Source: Candidatus Latescibacterota bacterium
GTDB lineage: Bacteria; Latescibacterota; UBA2968; GCA-2709665
Reading direction: 5' to 3'
Length of the DNA: 64,000 bases
Assembly: GCA_963662665.2 (NCBI GenBank)
Contig: CAXXJS010000016.1
Coordinates: 1 to 64,000, forward strand
Each line of letters opens with the position of its first letter. The first letter of the stretch is position 1. Both the position numbers and the translations under genes were made by a program. Below the pieces are notes generated by a model, which had not been told where the DNA came from, did not search any database, and saw nothing but the letters and a program-made list of their open reading frames with translations. Of this stretch, positions 29,331 through 38,736 are shown in pieces.

Positions 29331-29739
29331 CCTCATCCTCCTTTCCCTGATCCGTTCCTCGCTCCCGCAGTAATTCATCGGGAATCCGTTTACGACCCTG
29401 ATAGCCTTCCGCGGGACTGTGGTAATAGGTTACCCGCGTTTCATCGCTCCGCCAGCAGAGAAGCACCTCCTCGCCGTCGATTATGCCTGGAAAATCCACC
29501 AGGCCGAGGGTGAAGTTCGGATCTTTATACGAACATCCGATGCCTTCCAGTTCCTCGAAGAATTCATTCAGCGACGCAATCAGCTTCTTTATCTCGACAT
29601 CGTCGGCCGCTGCCGGCCCCAGTTCCTCGGCGAGTTGGCGCAACCGACGGCCGGCGGCCTGTATATCGGCGACAATTCGCTTCACCAGCGGCAGTGTCCG
29701 GTTGGCCTCAAGGGGCGTAAAAAACCTGATTTCGTCCAT
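29320..29739 (-). CDS. DUF2203 family protein
   Basis: FTPLEANRTLPLV...GLVDFP...LCWRSDE...YYH..EGYQGRKRI. Confidence 0.85.
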   Translation of the reverse strand: MDEIRFFTPLEANRTLPLVKRIVADIQAAGRRLRQLAEELGPAAADDVEIKKLIASLNEFFEELEGIGCSYKDPNFTLGLVDFPGIIDGEEVLLCWRSDETRVTYYHSPAEGYQGRKRIPDELLRERGTDQGKEDEDDG

Positions 29740-29765
29740 CGGCGCCTTCCTGGTGTCCGGACGCT

Positions 29766-30794
29766 TCACACTTCACGTCCGTATTCACCCGTAACGAATT
29801 TGTCCAGCCGAATCAATTCGCCTCCCCTGGACGCAGAGGCATTGGCCCCAAGAACCGCGGCCAGACTATTCAGCGCCTGCCCGTACCCGTTGCGCAATCC
29901 GGACGCATCGCCCGAGCGGATCGCATCGACAAACGCCCGGGCCTGGCCGGCAAACGGGTTGTTCCGGGCCGGCGCCTCGAAAATCGTCTCCCCGTTTTCC
30001 ACAACCCTTTCCGCCGACCACTCCAGCAGCGAATCGTCGCATACCAAAAGGACCTCCCGTTTGGATGCGTTCACGTTCGTGAGTACGCGCGAGGTTGTAA
30101 CACTTGCCACAACGCCGCCTTCAAATCGGTAATTCACGTCGTACACGTGGGGCAGATTGATGGGCTCGGGCCCCTCGCCCGGCTCGCGATAAAGATAAAA
30201 CGCGGACACGTCCGTAACGTCACCCAGGAAATATCTGAGGAGATCCACCATATGAATCGTATTCTCGACAAACGATCCTCCGCACAGCTCGAAGCGGCTC
30301 GTCCAGAATCGAATGTGCCCCCCGCTGTAAAGCAGTTGCACCAGCGCGTGCCTCGCCCTCCGCTCAGATATCGTTTCCCTCATATATTCCGCCGTTGCGT
30401 AATATCGGCTCATGAAGCCAACCTGAGACGGGGCGCCCGACTTCCGGATGGCTTCGCTGAACCGAACGGCCTGGGCGATATCCAGAGTCTGGGGTTTTTC
30501 CACCATTACCGGGATTCCTTTCTTTGCGGCGATCAACTCCGCATCCGTATGCAAGGTGGGTGGTATGCAAATGTATACCCCGTCCAACGCTTCTTTCTCG
30601 AACATCTCGTGGTGACTCGTATAAACAGCACTCGCCCCGAACGTCCGCGCCTGCCGTGTCGCGGTTTCCTCGTCCCTGTCGCAGAACGCCTGCAGAACCA
30701 CCAGGCCCCTGTCTGCAAGTTCGGCCAGCGGTGGCAGGTGGGCATTTACCGTAATATGCCCCAGGCCGATAAACCCCAGGCGAACTGCGTTCAT
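29766..30794 (-). CDS. Gfo/Idh/MocA family oxidoreductase
   Basis: GFIGLG Rossmann start, VEKP, GGSFVENTIHMVD. Confidence 0.9.
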   Translation of the reverse strand: MNAVRLGFIGLGHITVNAHLPPLAELADRGLVVLQAFCDRDEETATRQARTFGASAVYTSHHEMFEKEALDGVYICIPPTLHTDAELIAAKKGIPVMVEKPQTLDIAQAVRFSEAIRKSGAPSQVGFMSRYYATAEYMRETISERRARHALVQLLYSGGHIRFWTSRFELCGGSFVENTIHMVDLLRYFLGDVTDVSAFYLYREPGEGPEPINLPHVYDVNYRFEGGVVASVTTSRVLTNVNASKREVLLVCDDSLLEWSAERVVENGETIFEAPARNNPFAGQARAFVDAIRSGDASGLRNGYGQALNSLAAVLGANASASRGGELIRLDKFVTGEYGREV

Positions 30795-30795
30795 A

Positions 30796-31692
30796 CTAAG
30801 CCTCCTCGATCTGACGGATCCGGTCCGGGAGGAGGTACTCCCCATCCGAAACCGATACACACATCTCCAGTTCGGCCACGTCGGATGCCCCGCAGAGCAG
30901 CATCGTCACCCGCCTATCCGAAAGCAGGTACCGAAGCGCTATGCTCACCATATCCTGCTTTTCGTCCGCAAGCAGCACCTCCAGACGACGCAGCCTGACG
31001 TGCAACTCGGGAAATCGTCCATTGGCAATAAACCTGTCGCGTTTGGACCCCAGCAGGCCTCCGTGCAAAGGAGACGCGGCGATCACCGCCACGTTCTCCG
31101 CCGCCGCGACGGGCACCAGAGTCTCCTTGGCTTCCTGTGTCAGCAAATCGTACTTGCAAAACGTGATCACGGATACAAACTCATCCGTCTCCTGCAGGAT
31201 TTCGCTCATCAGTGACAGGTCGGACCCGGTCAACCCGATATGTTCCGCCAGCCCCTGCTCCCGAATTTCCACCAGCGTCTCCAGCGTGCGTTCCTTCCCG
31301 AAAATCCCCTCCCAGGCTGCCTGCTCGGCTTCATGGACCTGAAGCAGATCCACCCGATCCCGCCGCAGTCGCTTCAGACTGGCCTCAAATCCGCGCCAGA
31401 TCGCGTCCCGCGTGTAGTCGAACGGTTCCGGATAATAGCCGACCTTCGTCGCCAGATAATAAGGTTCCGTCACACCCTCCAGGGCACGTCCCAACACTTC
31501 CTCGCTTCGGCCCTTTCCGTAAAGCGGCGCCGTGTCGAAATAATTCACCCCCAACTCGAGCGCCCGCTCGACCACGTTAACCCCGTGAGCGTGGGGCAGC
31601 AAACCCTCCTCGGGCCGGCCGTAAAACCACGCGCCGCCCATCCCCACCTCGCTCACCTGCCACCCCGTCCTGCCGAAACGCCGGTATTGCAT
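30796..31692 (-). CDS. aldo/keto reductase
   Basis: YRRFGRTG, NYFDTAPLYG, ATKVG, SLKRL...DLLQVH. Confidence 0.92.
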   Translation of the reverse strand: MQYRRFGRTGWQVSEVGMGGAWFYGRPEEGLLPHAHGVNVVERALELGVNYFDTAPLYGKGRSEEVLGRALEGVTEPYYLATKVGYYPEPFDYTRDAIWRGFEASLKRLRRDRVDLLQVHEAEQAAWEGIFGKERTLETLVEIREQGLAEHIGLTGSDLSLMSEILQETDEFVSVITFCKYDLLTQEAKETLVPVAAAENVAVIAASPLHGGLLGSKRDRFIANGRFPELHVRLRRLEVLLADEKQDMVSIALRYLLSDRRVTMLLCGASDVAELEMCVSVSDGEYLLPDRIRQIEEA

Positions 31693-31829
31693 CCAGGCCC
31701 CGTCCTATTCTTCACCAACGCTCCCGTTCCAAACCGCGATCACCCCGCGGGAGCCATTCGCCGTTTTCTTCTCTGAAATTCGCACGTCCATTCAGACAAT
31801 CTGTGCGCCGACCCTGATCCGACGGTCTA

Positions 31830-32018
31830 CCCCAATTTGAAAAAACAGCAACGCGGCGACGCGACGAAAACCCCTGAATCGGGGCGTAACGGTCGTCAAA
31901 AACGACGTTTTTTCAGTTCACGTCCAGTGACCTGATGTATCCTAAAATCCGAAGTCAAATCGCCTTTACCTACTTGTATATATTCGGTTTTACTTCCCCG
32001 AAGAATTGCGAATCAAGG
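31830..32018 (+). mobile_element. ~190-bp MITE-like element, copy 1
   Basis: About 85-90% identical by hand alignment to the reverse complement of 47541-47730. CCCCAATT...GAATCAAGG ends, flanked by a perfect TCTA direct repeat (31826-31829 and 32019-32022). Confidence 0.75.
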
Positions 32019-32083
32019 TCTATTGCCCATCAGACGGCTCCAGGTACAGAAATTCCACGGGTTGAGTCCATCACCCTGCTTTG

Positions 32084-32767
32084 TCAGCGAACGTCACGAT
32101 ATAGGCGGCTCAACCTTTCGTCGGAAACCGAACACAGGTGCAGAATTCGTATCATCCACATCCGGATCACTGTCGGAACAACGCCGTAACGCCGCCAACG
32201 GCGGGTGGAAGTACAGACACTGCCGTCCAGCAATACGAAACGGCCCTGCTTCCGTACTGCGGCGCAGAATTCGGAGTCCTCGAAAAGCGCCACGTCGGGA
32301 AACCCGGCCACGCGGTCAAAAACGAAACGTCGGACGAATATTCCCTGATCTCCGTATGTGATCCCGAGATACCTGGAACGCATCGTGCTGAGTGAGGCGA
32401 TCGCCCGAAACATCCAGGTGTCCTCGGAAAGCCCCAGCCGGAATCGTCCGCCCACCACGTCCGGATCCTCGAGCGATTCCCGGATCATCCGGATTCCGCC
32501 ATCCGGCAGAACCGTATCGGCGTGCAGAAACAGCAGCACGTCCCCCGAGGCCGAACTCGCGCCGAGATTCATCTGTACGGAACGACCCGATCTTGGCGCA
32601 GTCACAAGACGCGCTGTACGGGTTGCCCTGATTCGCTCCTGCGTCCCGTCGCAACTGCCGCCGTCGACAACAATCACCTCGACGTCCCGTTGTTGACCGA
32701 ACTGCGCCAGGCAACCGTCTATAGCCTCCGCCTCATTGACAACAGGAATAATTACACTGACTTGCAA
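32084..32767 (-). CDS. glycosyltransferase family 2 (TIGR04283-like)
   Basis: SVIIP..NE, VDGGS.DGT, QMNLGA, FLHADT, YGDQGIF, ED, STRRW. Confidence 0.88.
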   Translation of the reverse strand: MQVSVIIPVVNEAEAIDGCLAQFGQQRDVEVIVVDGGSCDGTQERIRATRTARLVTAPRSGRSVQMNLGASSASGDVLLFLHADTVLPDGGIRMIRESLEDPDVVGGRFRLGLSEDTWMFRAIASLSTMRSRYLGITYGDQGIFVRRFVFDRVAGFPDVALFEDSEFCAAVRKQGRFVLLDGSVCTSTRRWRRYGVVPTVIRMWMIRILHLCSVSDERLSRLYRDVR

Positions 32768-32800
32768 CGTCTTCTCGTGGAAAGAAGAAAACCTGCCGCG

Positions 32801-33370
32801 TCACACCTTCCGCCTCAGAAACCTGCGCGCGTAACTTAAAGTCGAAACCAGCAGGAGTACGGCCGACAGGTACAGGAAAGGATCCTTCAGCGTCTCGGCG
32901 TCCATCGCATAGGCAACCAGCAGGACACTCATCGCACAGGTGGTCAGCTTACCCCAGATATTCGAAGAATACACGATCCGTTCCCGGGTTACCAGGAACA
33001 CACCCGCCAGCACGATCAGGACGTCGCGACCGACAACCACCACAACCACCCAGAGCGGCAATCCCTTAACAAGCGCGAGCACGACCGCGATCGCATCGAT
33101 CGCCACCTTATCGGCAAGCGGGTCCAGGATCTTTCCCCAGTACGTAACAGCCCCCAAACGCCGTGCGAGATATCCGTCCAGAATATCGGTTATAATCATC
33201 ACAATGACAACCGAGAACATATACCACTTATACGCCGGCCCCATCCATATCATCCAGAGAACGGGCATGGTCAACCCGGCGCGGATCAGGCTCAGCCCGT
33301 TTGAAATCGTCCAGAATGGACTGACCGGACGTTCCTCGCATGGCGCGGCAGGGCGGGCGGCTTCGTTCAT
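32801..33370 (-). CDS. CDP-alcohol phosphatidyltransferase
   Basis: TDILDGYLAR...GKILDPLADK signature. Confidence 0.92.
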   Translation of the reverse strand: MNEAARPAAPCEERPVSPFWTISNGLSLIRAGLTMPVLWMIWMGPAYKWYMFSVVIVMIITDILDGYLARRLGAVTYWGKILDPLADKVAIDAIAVVLALVKGLPLWVVVVVVGRDVLIVLAGVFLVTRERIVYSSNIWGKLTTCAMSVLLVAYAMDAETLKDPFLYLSAVLLLVSTLSYARRFLRRKV

Positions 33371-34026
33371 TGATTCGCCTCTTCGGAGGGCAAGAGTACT
33401 ACGCAGCCCATATTCGCCAATTCACAAAAGGCATTCCGGGCATGCCCCCACGTGGTAAGATGATAACTTCCTTCCGGTAGTTTCTGGCTACGCGTGAAAT
33501 TCGCGAAAACGCACGCGGTTCCCTCGTGTTGTGTACGGCTGACGTCCGGTACGCCGGCCCAGGGGATGGCCAACTGCGCGCACCAGCGCCCATTCGCATT
33601 CACCTCCGCAACCGACCAAACGAGCCCCGGCACGTCGTATTCCGCCATCGCCCGCCAGTCCGTCTCCTCTTCCTCCCGGAAGTAAAGATCCAGTACCGCG
33701 CCGAGCGGATTCACCTCGATTTCGTAGTATCCGCCCCCCGCTCGCAGAAAGACCTCTACCGCACATTCGTTGAAGAGATCCTCGTCCCGCTCCCGCATTG
33801 TCACGGGAACGGGTGACGGGTCGGACACGAGGCTTACGTAAAGAGCCTCCGCATCCCACAATGCCGCGGCTTCCAGAAAATAGCCGGGTGGATCGGACTC
33901 CGTACCCAGCAGATGGAATTCCCGGCTGATTCTGGCTGCGGACTCCCACACCGTTCCGGAAATCACTCCATTTACCGGCGGGGGGGTGGAGACATTTCTA
34001 CAACAGTACACGGGTCGCTTTCTCAT
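33367..34026 (-). CDS. carbohydrate-binding family 9-like (DOMON-type) protein
   Basis: LWDAEALYV, RDEDLF...VEVFL, YYEIEVNPLG..LD, AIPW, ANF. Alternative start at 34083. Confidence 0.7.
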   Translation of the reverse strand: MRKRPVYCCRNVSTPPPVNGVISGTVWESAARISREFHLLGTESDPPGYFLEAAALWDAEALYVSLVSDPSPVPVTMRERDEDLFNECAVEVFLRAGGGYYEIEVNPLGAVLDLYFREEEETDWRAMAEYDVPGLVWSVAEVNANGRWCAQLAIPWAGVPDVSRTQHEGTACVFANFTRSQKLPEGSYHLTTWGHARNAFCELANMGCVVLLPSEEANQ

Positions 34027-34079
34027 CGTCGATCCCCTCCGGATGCGTGCGGAAACCCGCGGTGGTCCGTACGTTTCCT

Positions 34080-34820
34080 TCAATCCCGGTGAACGGGGCC
34101 GCTGTTTCCGCCCGTCTGCGATATTTCAATCAGGTGTTCGAAAATACAGTCCCACACCGTGCCCGGCAACTCTTCGGGGTGGAACTGGACGCCGATAATG
34201 CGTCCATCTTCAGTCTCGATTCCTTCAATCACCCCGTCCTCGCTTACGGCATTTACAACGAGCCCGTTCCCCGGTCCCTCAATGGCCTGAATGTGCGAGC
34301 TGTTTACCTCGACGGGTTCAACCGGCCGACCCGTCAGGCGGGCAAGCCACGTATCTGCGCGCGTCCGTACATAGTGACGCACCGGACGTTCTCCGGATCG
34401 CCTGGGGGAATGGGCGCATTTTCCGAGTTGGGCCTGCAAATCCGCGTAAATCGCGCCGTCGAACCGGGCATTGATGAACTGCATGCCGTAGCAGATTCCC
34501 AGCATGGGCAGGTCCCGTCTCCTGGCGCCCTGGTATATCCAGACATCGGTCCGAGCCCTGGTCCGGTCCACCGGCGGCAAGTCCTCGGGGAGAACGCCAA
34601 TGAGCCGGTCCATAATGCCGGGACCGCCCGTAAAGATCAGTCCGTCAATCAGATCGACCACAGGCGCGAGCGCTTCCCGACGTTCGACCATCGGGAGAAT
34701 TACGGGACATCCTCCTGCCCGCTCCACGGCACGGACATATGCATGACCCACGACCTGCCTGGAATTGCCGCTTCCGGACGATTCAATACTCGTGGTAATG
34801 CCAATTACCGGTCGGGACAC
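34080..34820 (-). CDS. class I glutamine amidotransferase, peptidase C26 / gamma-glutamyl-GABA hydrolase family
   Basis: RPVIGIT, LGICYGMQ, VNSSHIQ, GVQFHPE. Confidence 0.9.
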   Translation of the reverse strand: MSRPVIGITTSIESSGSGNSRQVVGHAYVRAVERAGGCPVILPMVERREALAPVVDLIDGLIFTGGPGIMDRLIGVLPEDLPPVDRTRARTDVWIYQGARRRDLPMLGICYGMQFINARFDGAIYADLQAQLGKCAHSPRRSGERPVRHYVRTRADTWLARLTGRPVEPVEVNSSHIQAIEGPGNGLVVNAVSEDGVIEGIETEDGRIIGVQFHPEELPGTVWDCIFEHLIEISQTGGNSGPVHRD

Positions 34821-34865
34821 GCTTTCCCCCGCGACGTACCGGCGGCTTTACGCCGTACGAGCATA

Positions 34866-35582
34866 TCAGGAAATCATCAACCGTACGCCGATCACCAGCA
34901 CCAGGGTCAGGATTGCCCGGTTGAACCAAACGACCGGCAACCGGCGGTTCATTAGAATGCCGACACCGACACCTGCGGCAAGCGTTGGCAGCATCCAGAG
35001 ATCCATGAGCCATACTTCGGGGCCCAGCAGGTCCAGTTTTGCATAGACCGCCGACTTCATTGTATTAAGAACGAGCCCGACCACTACCGCCGTGGACACG
35101 AATACCCGGCCGCTCAACCCCTGCGGCATCAGGTAGAGCATAAGAATGATGCCGCCCGAATGGGTGAGTACCGAGACGACACCCAGCGCCACGCCGGCGG
35201 CGACTCCCGAGACGGGCGGCATTTTTGGCAGACGATCCTTGAAAGCCTGCAACAACCCGAATACACAGGCCAGGCCGCCAAGCAGCCGCCTGAACCAGAG
35301 TTCCGGAATCGCATCCAGCAATACCCAGCCAACCAGCACACCCACCGCCATTCCGGGAATCAGAGCGAATACGTACTTCGCAACACGGTACTTCCAGTAA
35401 TACTTTATCGCGATAAGATCTGCGGCCAACGACAGCGGTAGCATTACGCCCAGCGCCAGCTTGGCCGGCATCACGAGCGCCAGCAGCGGCGTCACAACCA
35501 CACCGACACCGCCGCCGAAACCCGCCTTCATAACGCCAATGAGCAGGCCCGCCACCGCCAGCACCAGATGCTTAATGTCCAA
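34866..35582 (-). CDS. sulfite exporter TauE/SafE family membrane protein
   Basis: KAGFGGG motif, about 7 hydrophobic helices, HSGG repeat. Confidence 0.85.
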   Translation of the reverse strand: MDIKHLVLAVAGLLIGVMKAGFGGGVGVVVTPLLALVMPAKLALGVMLPLSLAADLIAIKYYWKYRVAKYVFALIPGMAVGVLVGWVLLDAIPELWFRRLLGGLACVFGLLQAFKDRLPKMPPVSGVAAGVALGVVSVLTHSGGIILMLYLMPQGLSGRVFVSTAVVVGLVLNTMKSAVYAKLDLLGPEVWLMDLWMLPTLAAGVGVGILMNRRLPVVWFNRAILTLVLVIGVRLMIS

Positions 35583-35940
35583 ACGGCCCCCTGTATCTGC
35601 GGAACCGGGCCGACTGTCCTCCGCGTCGGCAGGCGACTGACAACCGCCTCATTACGCCACGTCGATGTCTCTGGAGCCCCGGTTCGATCCGCCCCGATTC
35701 ACGGAAATTTCAAGTATAACAAACCGGGGCCCGGGTGAAAAGACAAATTCGAGCCTGATTTTCCTGTTACGCAACCCTTGACAGCCTGCATCCATCTGGA
35801 TATGTTGGCACGGGACGAACGCAATCATCCGCGTCGGGAAGTCGAGACCACCCCGGGAAGGTTCGTCGACACGTCACATTCTATCAACCGAAGGCGTGAC
35901 GCCCACCGTTTCAGATTCCAGGCGTCCAGGATCCCATACG

Positions 35941-36495
35941 ATGGCGACAGCATGGAAACACCTTCTCGGATTCCGCTGCACGGGCTGCAGTAACTGTTGC
36001 AGGGAACCCATTGCACTGGTGACAGACGAAGATATCCGGCGCATCGTACTGATTACGGGCGAGGACGCCGCCGATATCGTTGAATTCTATACACCCGGTG
36101 AAATCGATTGGGGCGTATCGAATCCGGGGTGGATCAGGCTCGAAGACGAACACCGCATAATGGGTTTGAGCCGGGACGAGGACGGATGCCGATTCCTCGG
36201 TAAGGACGACCTCTGCACGATCTATGAATATCGCCCGGTTACCTGTCGCCGCTATCCCTTCAACGTCGAATTCAACGCCCGCGGCGGGATCGAGTTTCTA
36301 AGCATAAGCGATGCGGTTGAATGCCAATACGAACTCGACGGCCAGAATTCGCTCGGACAGATCCGGGCAACGTGCGATTGGGAGGAAGAAGAGGAACAGA
36401 GTTATTACGAGCGGGTCGAATCCTGGAACAGGAATGATAAAGCAGGAGGGGAACGTGAGTTTCTGAAATATCTGGGGCTTGAGAACCAGGCGTGA
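35941..36495 (+). CDS. YkgJ-family cysteine-cluster (CxxCxxCC) protein
   Basis: FRCTGCSNCC...CRFL...CTIYEYRPVTCRRYPF. Candidate promoter TTGACA-17-TATGTT at 35778-35806. Confidence 0.88.
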   Translation: MATAWKHLLGFRCTGCSNCCREPIALVTDEDIRRIVLITGEDAADIVEFYTPGEIDWGVSNPGWIRLEDEHRIMGLSRDEDGCRFLGKDDLCTIYEYRPVTCRRYPFNVEFNARGGIEFLSISDAVECQYELDGQNSLGQIRATCDWEEEEEQSYYERVESWNRNDKAGGEREFLKYLGLENQA

Positions 36496-36563
36496 AAGTC
36501 CGTGATCCTCGCCGGGCAACGGCCCGGTCATCCGGCGACGGGAAAACCGACATAACTGAGTCG

Positions 36564-37370
36564 TCAGCGGCTGAAACCGAAAACGGATCTTTTTATTTTC
36601 CGCAGCAGACAAAACAGCCAGCGCACGTCCCTGATCAGCGGCAGTTTAAAATAGAGTCCGAGTCCGTATTTCCGCCGGACGGACCAGACCGCCCGGTCGT
36701 CGGACTCCATTCGGCTGATATTGGCGCCGTGGATGCGGTAGTAAAAAAGGGGTTGCGGCACGTAGATTCCTCGCCCTCCCTGCCTCAATACGATATTCAA
36801 CCAGAGATCCCAATCCTGATAACGCCGCAGTGACTCGTCAAAACCGGGAAAGCACCGGGTCCGCAACAACGAGGCAAGATCGACATAATTGCCCTGCCGC
36901 AGCCGTTCCGGCTGAAAGGGTCCGGACTTCCAGACTCCCTCACGCTCCGGATACCATGAGCCATCCCCGTCTGTGAAATTGATGCGATCGCAATACACAA
37001 AATCCACGCCGGGCCGAGGGCGAGACGCCGCGTGAAGCACATCCAGGAATTCGGGCGACATATAGTTGTCCGCGTCGAAAAAGACAACCCATTCGGCCGA
37101 GACCTGTGAGAAGCCGAAATTGCGGGATCTGTTGCCATTCAGGAATTCAACCCGCCGGTACTCCACCTCCGGAAACTGCCGGACGACGGCCTCGGTCTCG
37201 TCGGCGCTGGCGTCGTCCACGACCAGAACTGACGCCGGCTTCAATACCTGCGATTCAATCGAATGCAGGCATTGCCGCAAGTAACGGCCGTAGTTGTGAC
37301 AGGTGACGATAACGGCAATATCGGCCTCGCTCTCCGGATTCATCCTTACACGCCCGGCGCTCGTCACCAC
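36564..37370 (-). CDS. glycosyltransferase family 2
   Basis: TCHNYGRYL, VDDAS.D, FFDAD, QDWDLW, YYRIH. Confidence 0.9.
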   Translation of the reverse strand: MVTSAGRVRMNPESEADIAVIVTCHNYGRYLRQCLHSIESQVLKPASVLVVDDASADETEAVVRQFPEVEYRRVEFLNGNRSRNFGFSQVSAEWVVFFDADNYMSPEFLDVLHAASRPRPGVDFVYCDRINFTDGDGSWYPEREGVWKSGPFQPERLRQGNYVDLASLLRTRCFPGFDESLRRYQDWDLWLNIVLRQGGRGIYVPQPLFYYRIHGANISRMESDDRAVWSVRRKYGLGLYFKLPLIRDVRWLFCLLRKIKRSVFGFSR

Positions 37371-38353
37371 GAGCGGACCTGCTCTCTGGCCATGCGCAGC
37401 AGTTCGACCTGATATTCCAGTCCCAGCAATCCATCCTTCGCTGAAACAACGGGCCGACAGTCCGGATCACGTACACTGGAAACAAAAGCCTCGATCAAAA
37501 TATGCAGGAAGTCTTCACATTGTAACGATTCACTCGCGTGGACGAGACGCGCACGGTAGATCCCACCAGCATCTGCGTACCCCTCCCAATCCACCAGGAA
37601 GCCGTTCACACCGAACCGGCGGGCCGGAATACCTTCGTCGATATCCCTTAACACAAGATCGACGGCACAGCGCCCTCCGGGGCTGACGTAATCGAATCGC
37701 GCCCGGTTCTCACGTTCCTCGATTTCGCAGAAGGCTGTTTTCGTATCCATCCTGCCGTCGGGAAGGAAGCCAATCACCAGACTCAATGCGTGCGGGGCGA
37801 CGTCAGCCCAGATTTCCTCGTAGCGTTTTGGCCCTTTTCTTCCCTTCACCTCCATTTCCATCGTAATCCGGGTCACGTTGTCCCACGCTCCGCGGACCTG
37901 CTCATAAAACGCCCGGTAGTGTGGTATGCCCGCCGGATATTGGGCAGACACCCCAAGCAGACGTCCCGTGTCCTTCGCCTTCGCAACGACCGACCGCCCG
38001 TCGGACAGAATCTCATCGAGTTCTTTGTCTTTATCCCAGCAGAACGGCTTCTCACACAGCACGTGGGCGCCTCCGTCGAGCGCGGCAAGCGCGTGCGCCC
38101 TGTGCATCGGGTACGGGCTCGTTACCGCGACAATGTCGGGGGTTTCCTCCCGAAGCATTGCCTCCACGTCCTGATACGCCCGGCCGCGGAACCCGAAGTA
38201 CGACGCCAGCCTTGCACGGGTGCGCTCGCATGAATCCTGCGAAGTTCCCGCAAACGCGACCACCTCGCACCCCGAGAGATCATACCACCTGGCGTGATGC
38301 TGACCGATACCGCTGGCGCCGATGACGGCGACCCTGAGGGCCTCTTTGTCCAT
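37364..38353 (-). CDS. Gfo/Idh/MocA family oxidoreductase
   Basis: VAVIGASGIG, HVLCEKP; ATG 38353 with AGGGAG RBS. Confidence 0.88.
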   Translation of the reverse strand: MDKEALRVAVIGASGIGQHHARWYDLSGCEVVAFAGTSQDSCERTRARLASYFGFRGRAYQDVEAMLREETPDIVAVTSPYPMHRAHALAALDGGAHVLCEKPFCWDKDKELDEILSDGRSVVAKAKDTGRLLGVSAQYPAGIPHYRAFYEQVRGAWDNVTRITMEMEVKGRKGPKRYEEIWADVAPHALSLVIGFLPDGRMDTKTAFCEIEERENRARFDYVSPGGRCAVDLVLRDIDEGIPARRFGVNGFLVDWEGYADAGGIYRARLVHASESLQCEDFLHILIEAFVSSVRDPDCRPVVSAKDGLLGLEYQVELLRMAREQVRSW

Positions 38354-38684
38354 AATCGCTCCCTGGCAATAGATCAAATTGTGGCGTCACCTAAAATAGA
38401 AATCACGGGTATCGCCGCCAATCGTTTTTTCCGGCGCTCTACTCCAAACGTGGGGGACATTCTTTACGGCCCGTCGCCCGGCAGGTGTGCGACCCGGGCT
38501 TCCTCGCAGATTGATTGGCGGCGTCAAGACCGACTTCCAGGGTTCCGCCCACAACATACCTCACCATTCTCCCCTCTATTGAACCCGTGGCGCAAGAACT
38601 CCGTAACGTGAGCGCCCGGACGGCTGTTCCCGTTGAATACAGACTCGATCGCGACTACTGATCGCTCCATAATCCCGTCCCGGC

Positions 38685-38725
38685 GGAAGGCCATTCTACG
38701 GGTACGCAGAATGGCCGTTCCTTTT
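38685..38725 (+). terminator. intrinsic terminator-like hairpin
   Basis: GGAA-GGCCATTCT...AGAATGGCC-G-TTCC followed by TTTT, immediately left of the IS. Confidence 0.5.
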
Positions 38726-38736
38726 GTGGGCATTAG

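Noticed and set aside
32084-32767. Arsenosugar biosynthesis locus suggested by the TIGR04283-like glycosyltransferase
   Set aside because: No radical-SAM ArsS, methyltransferase or partner glycosyltransferase is nearby.
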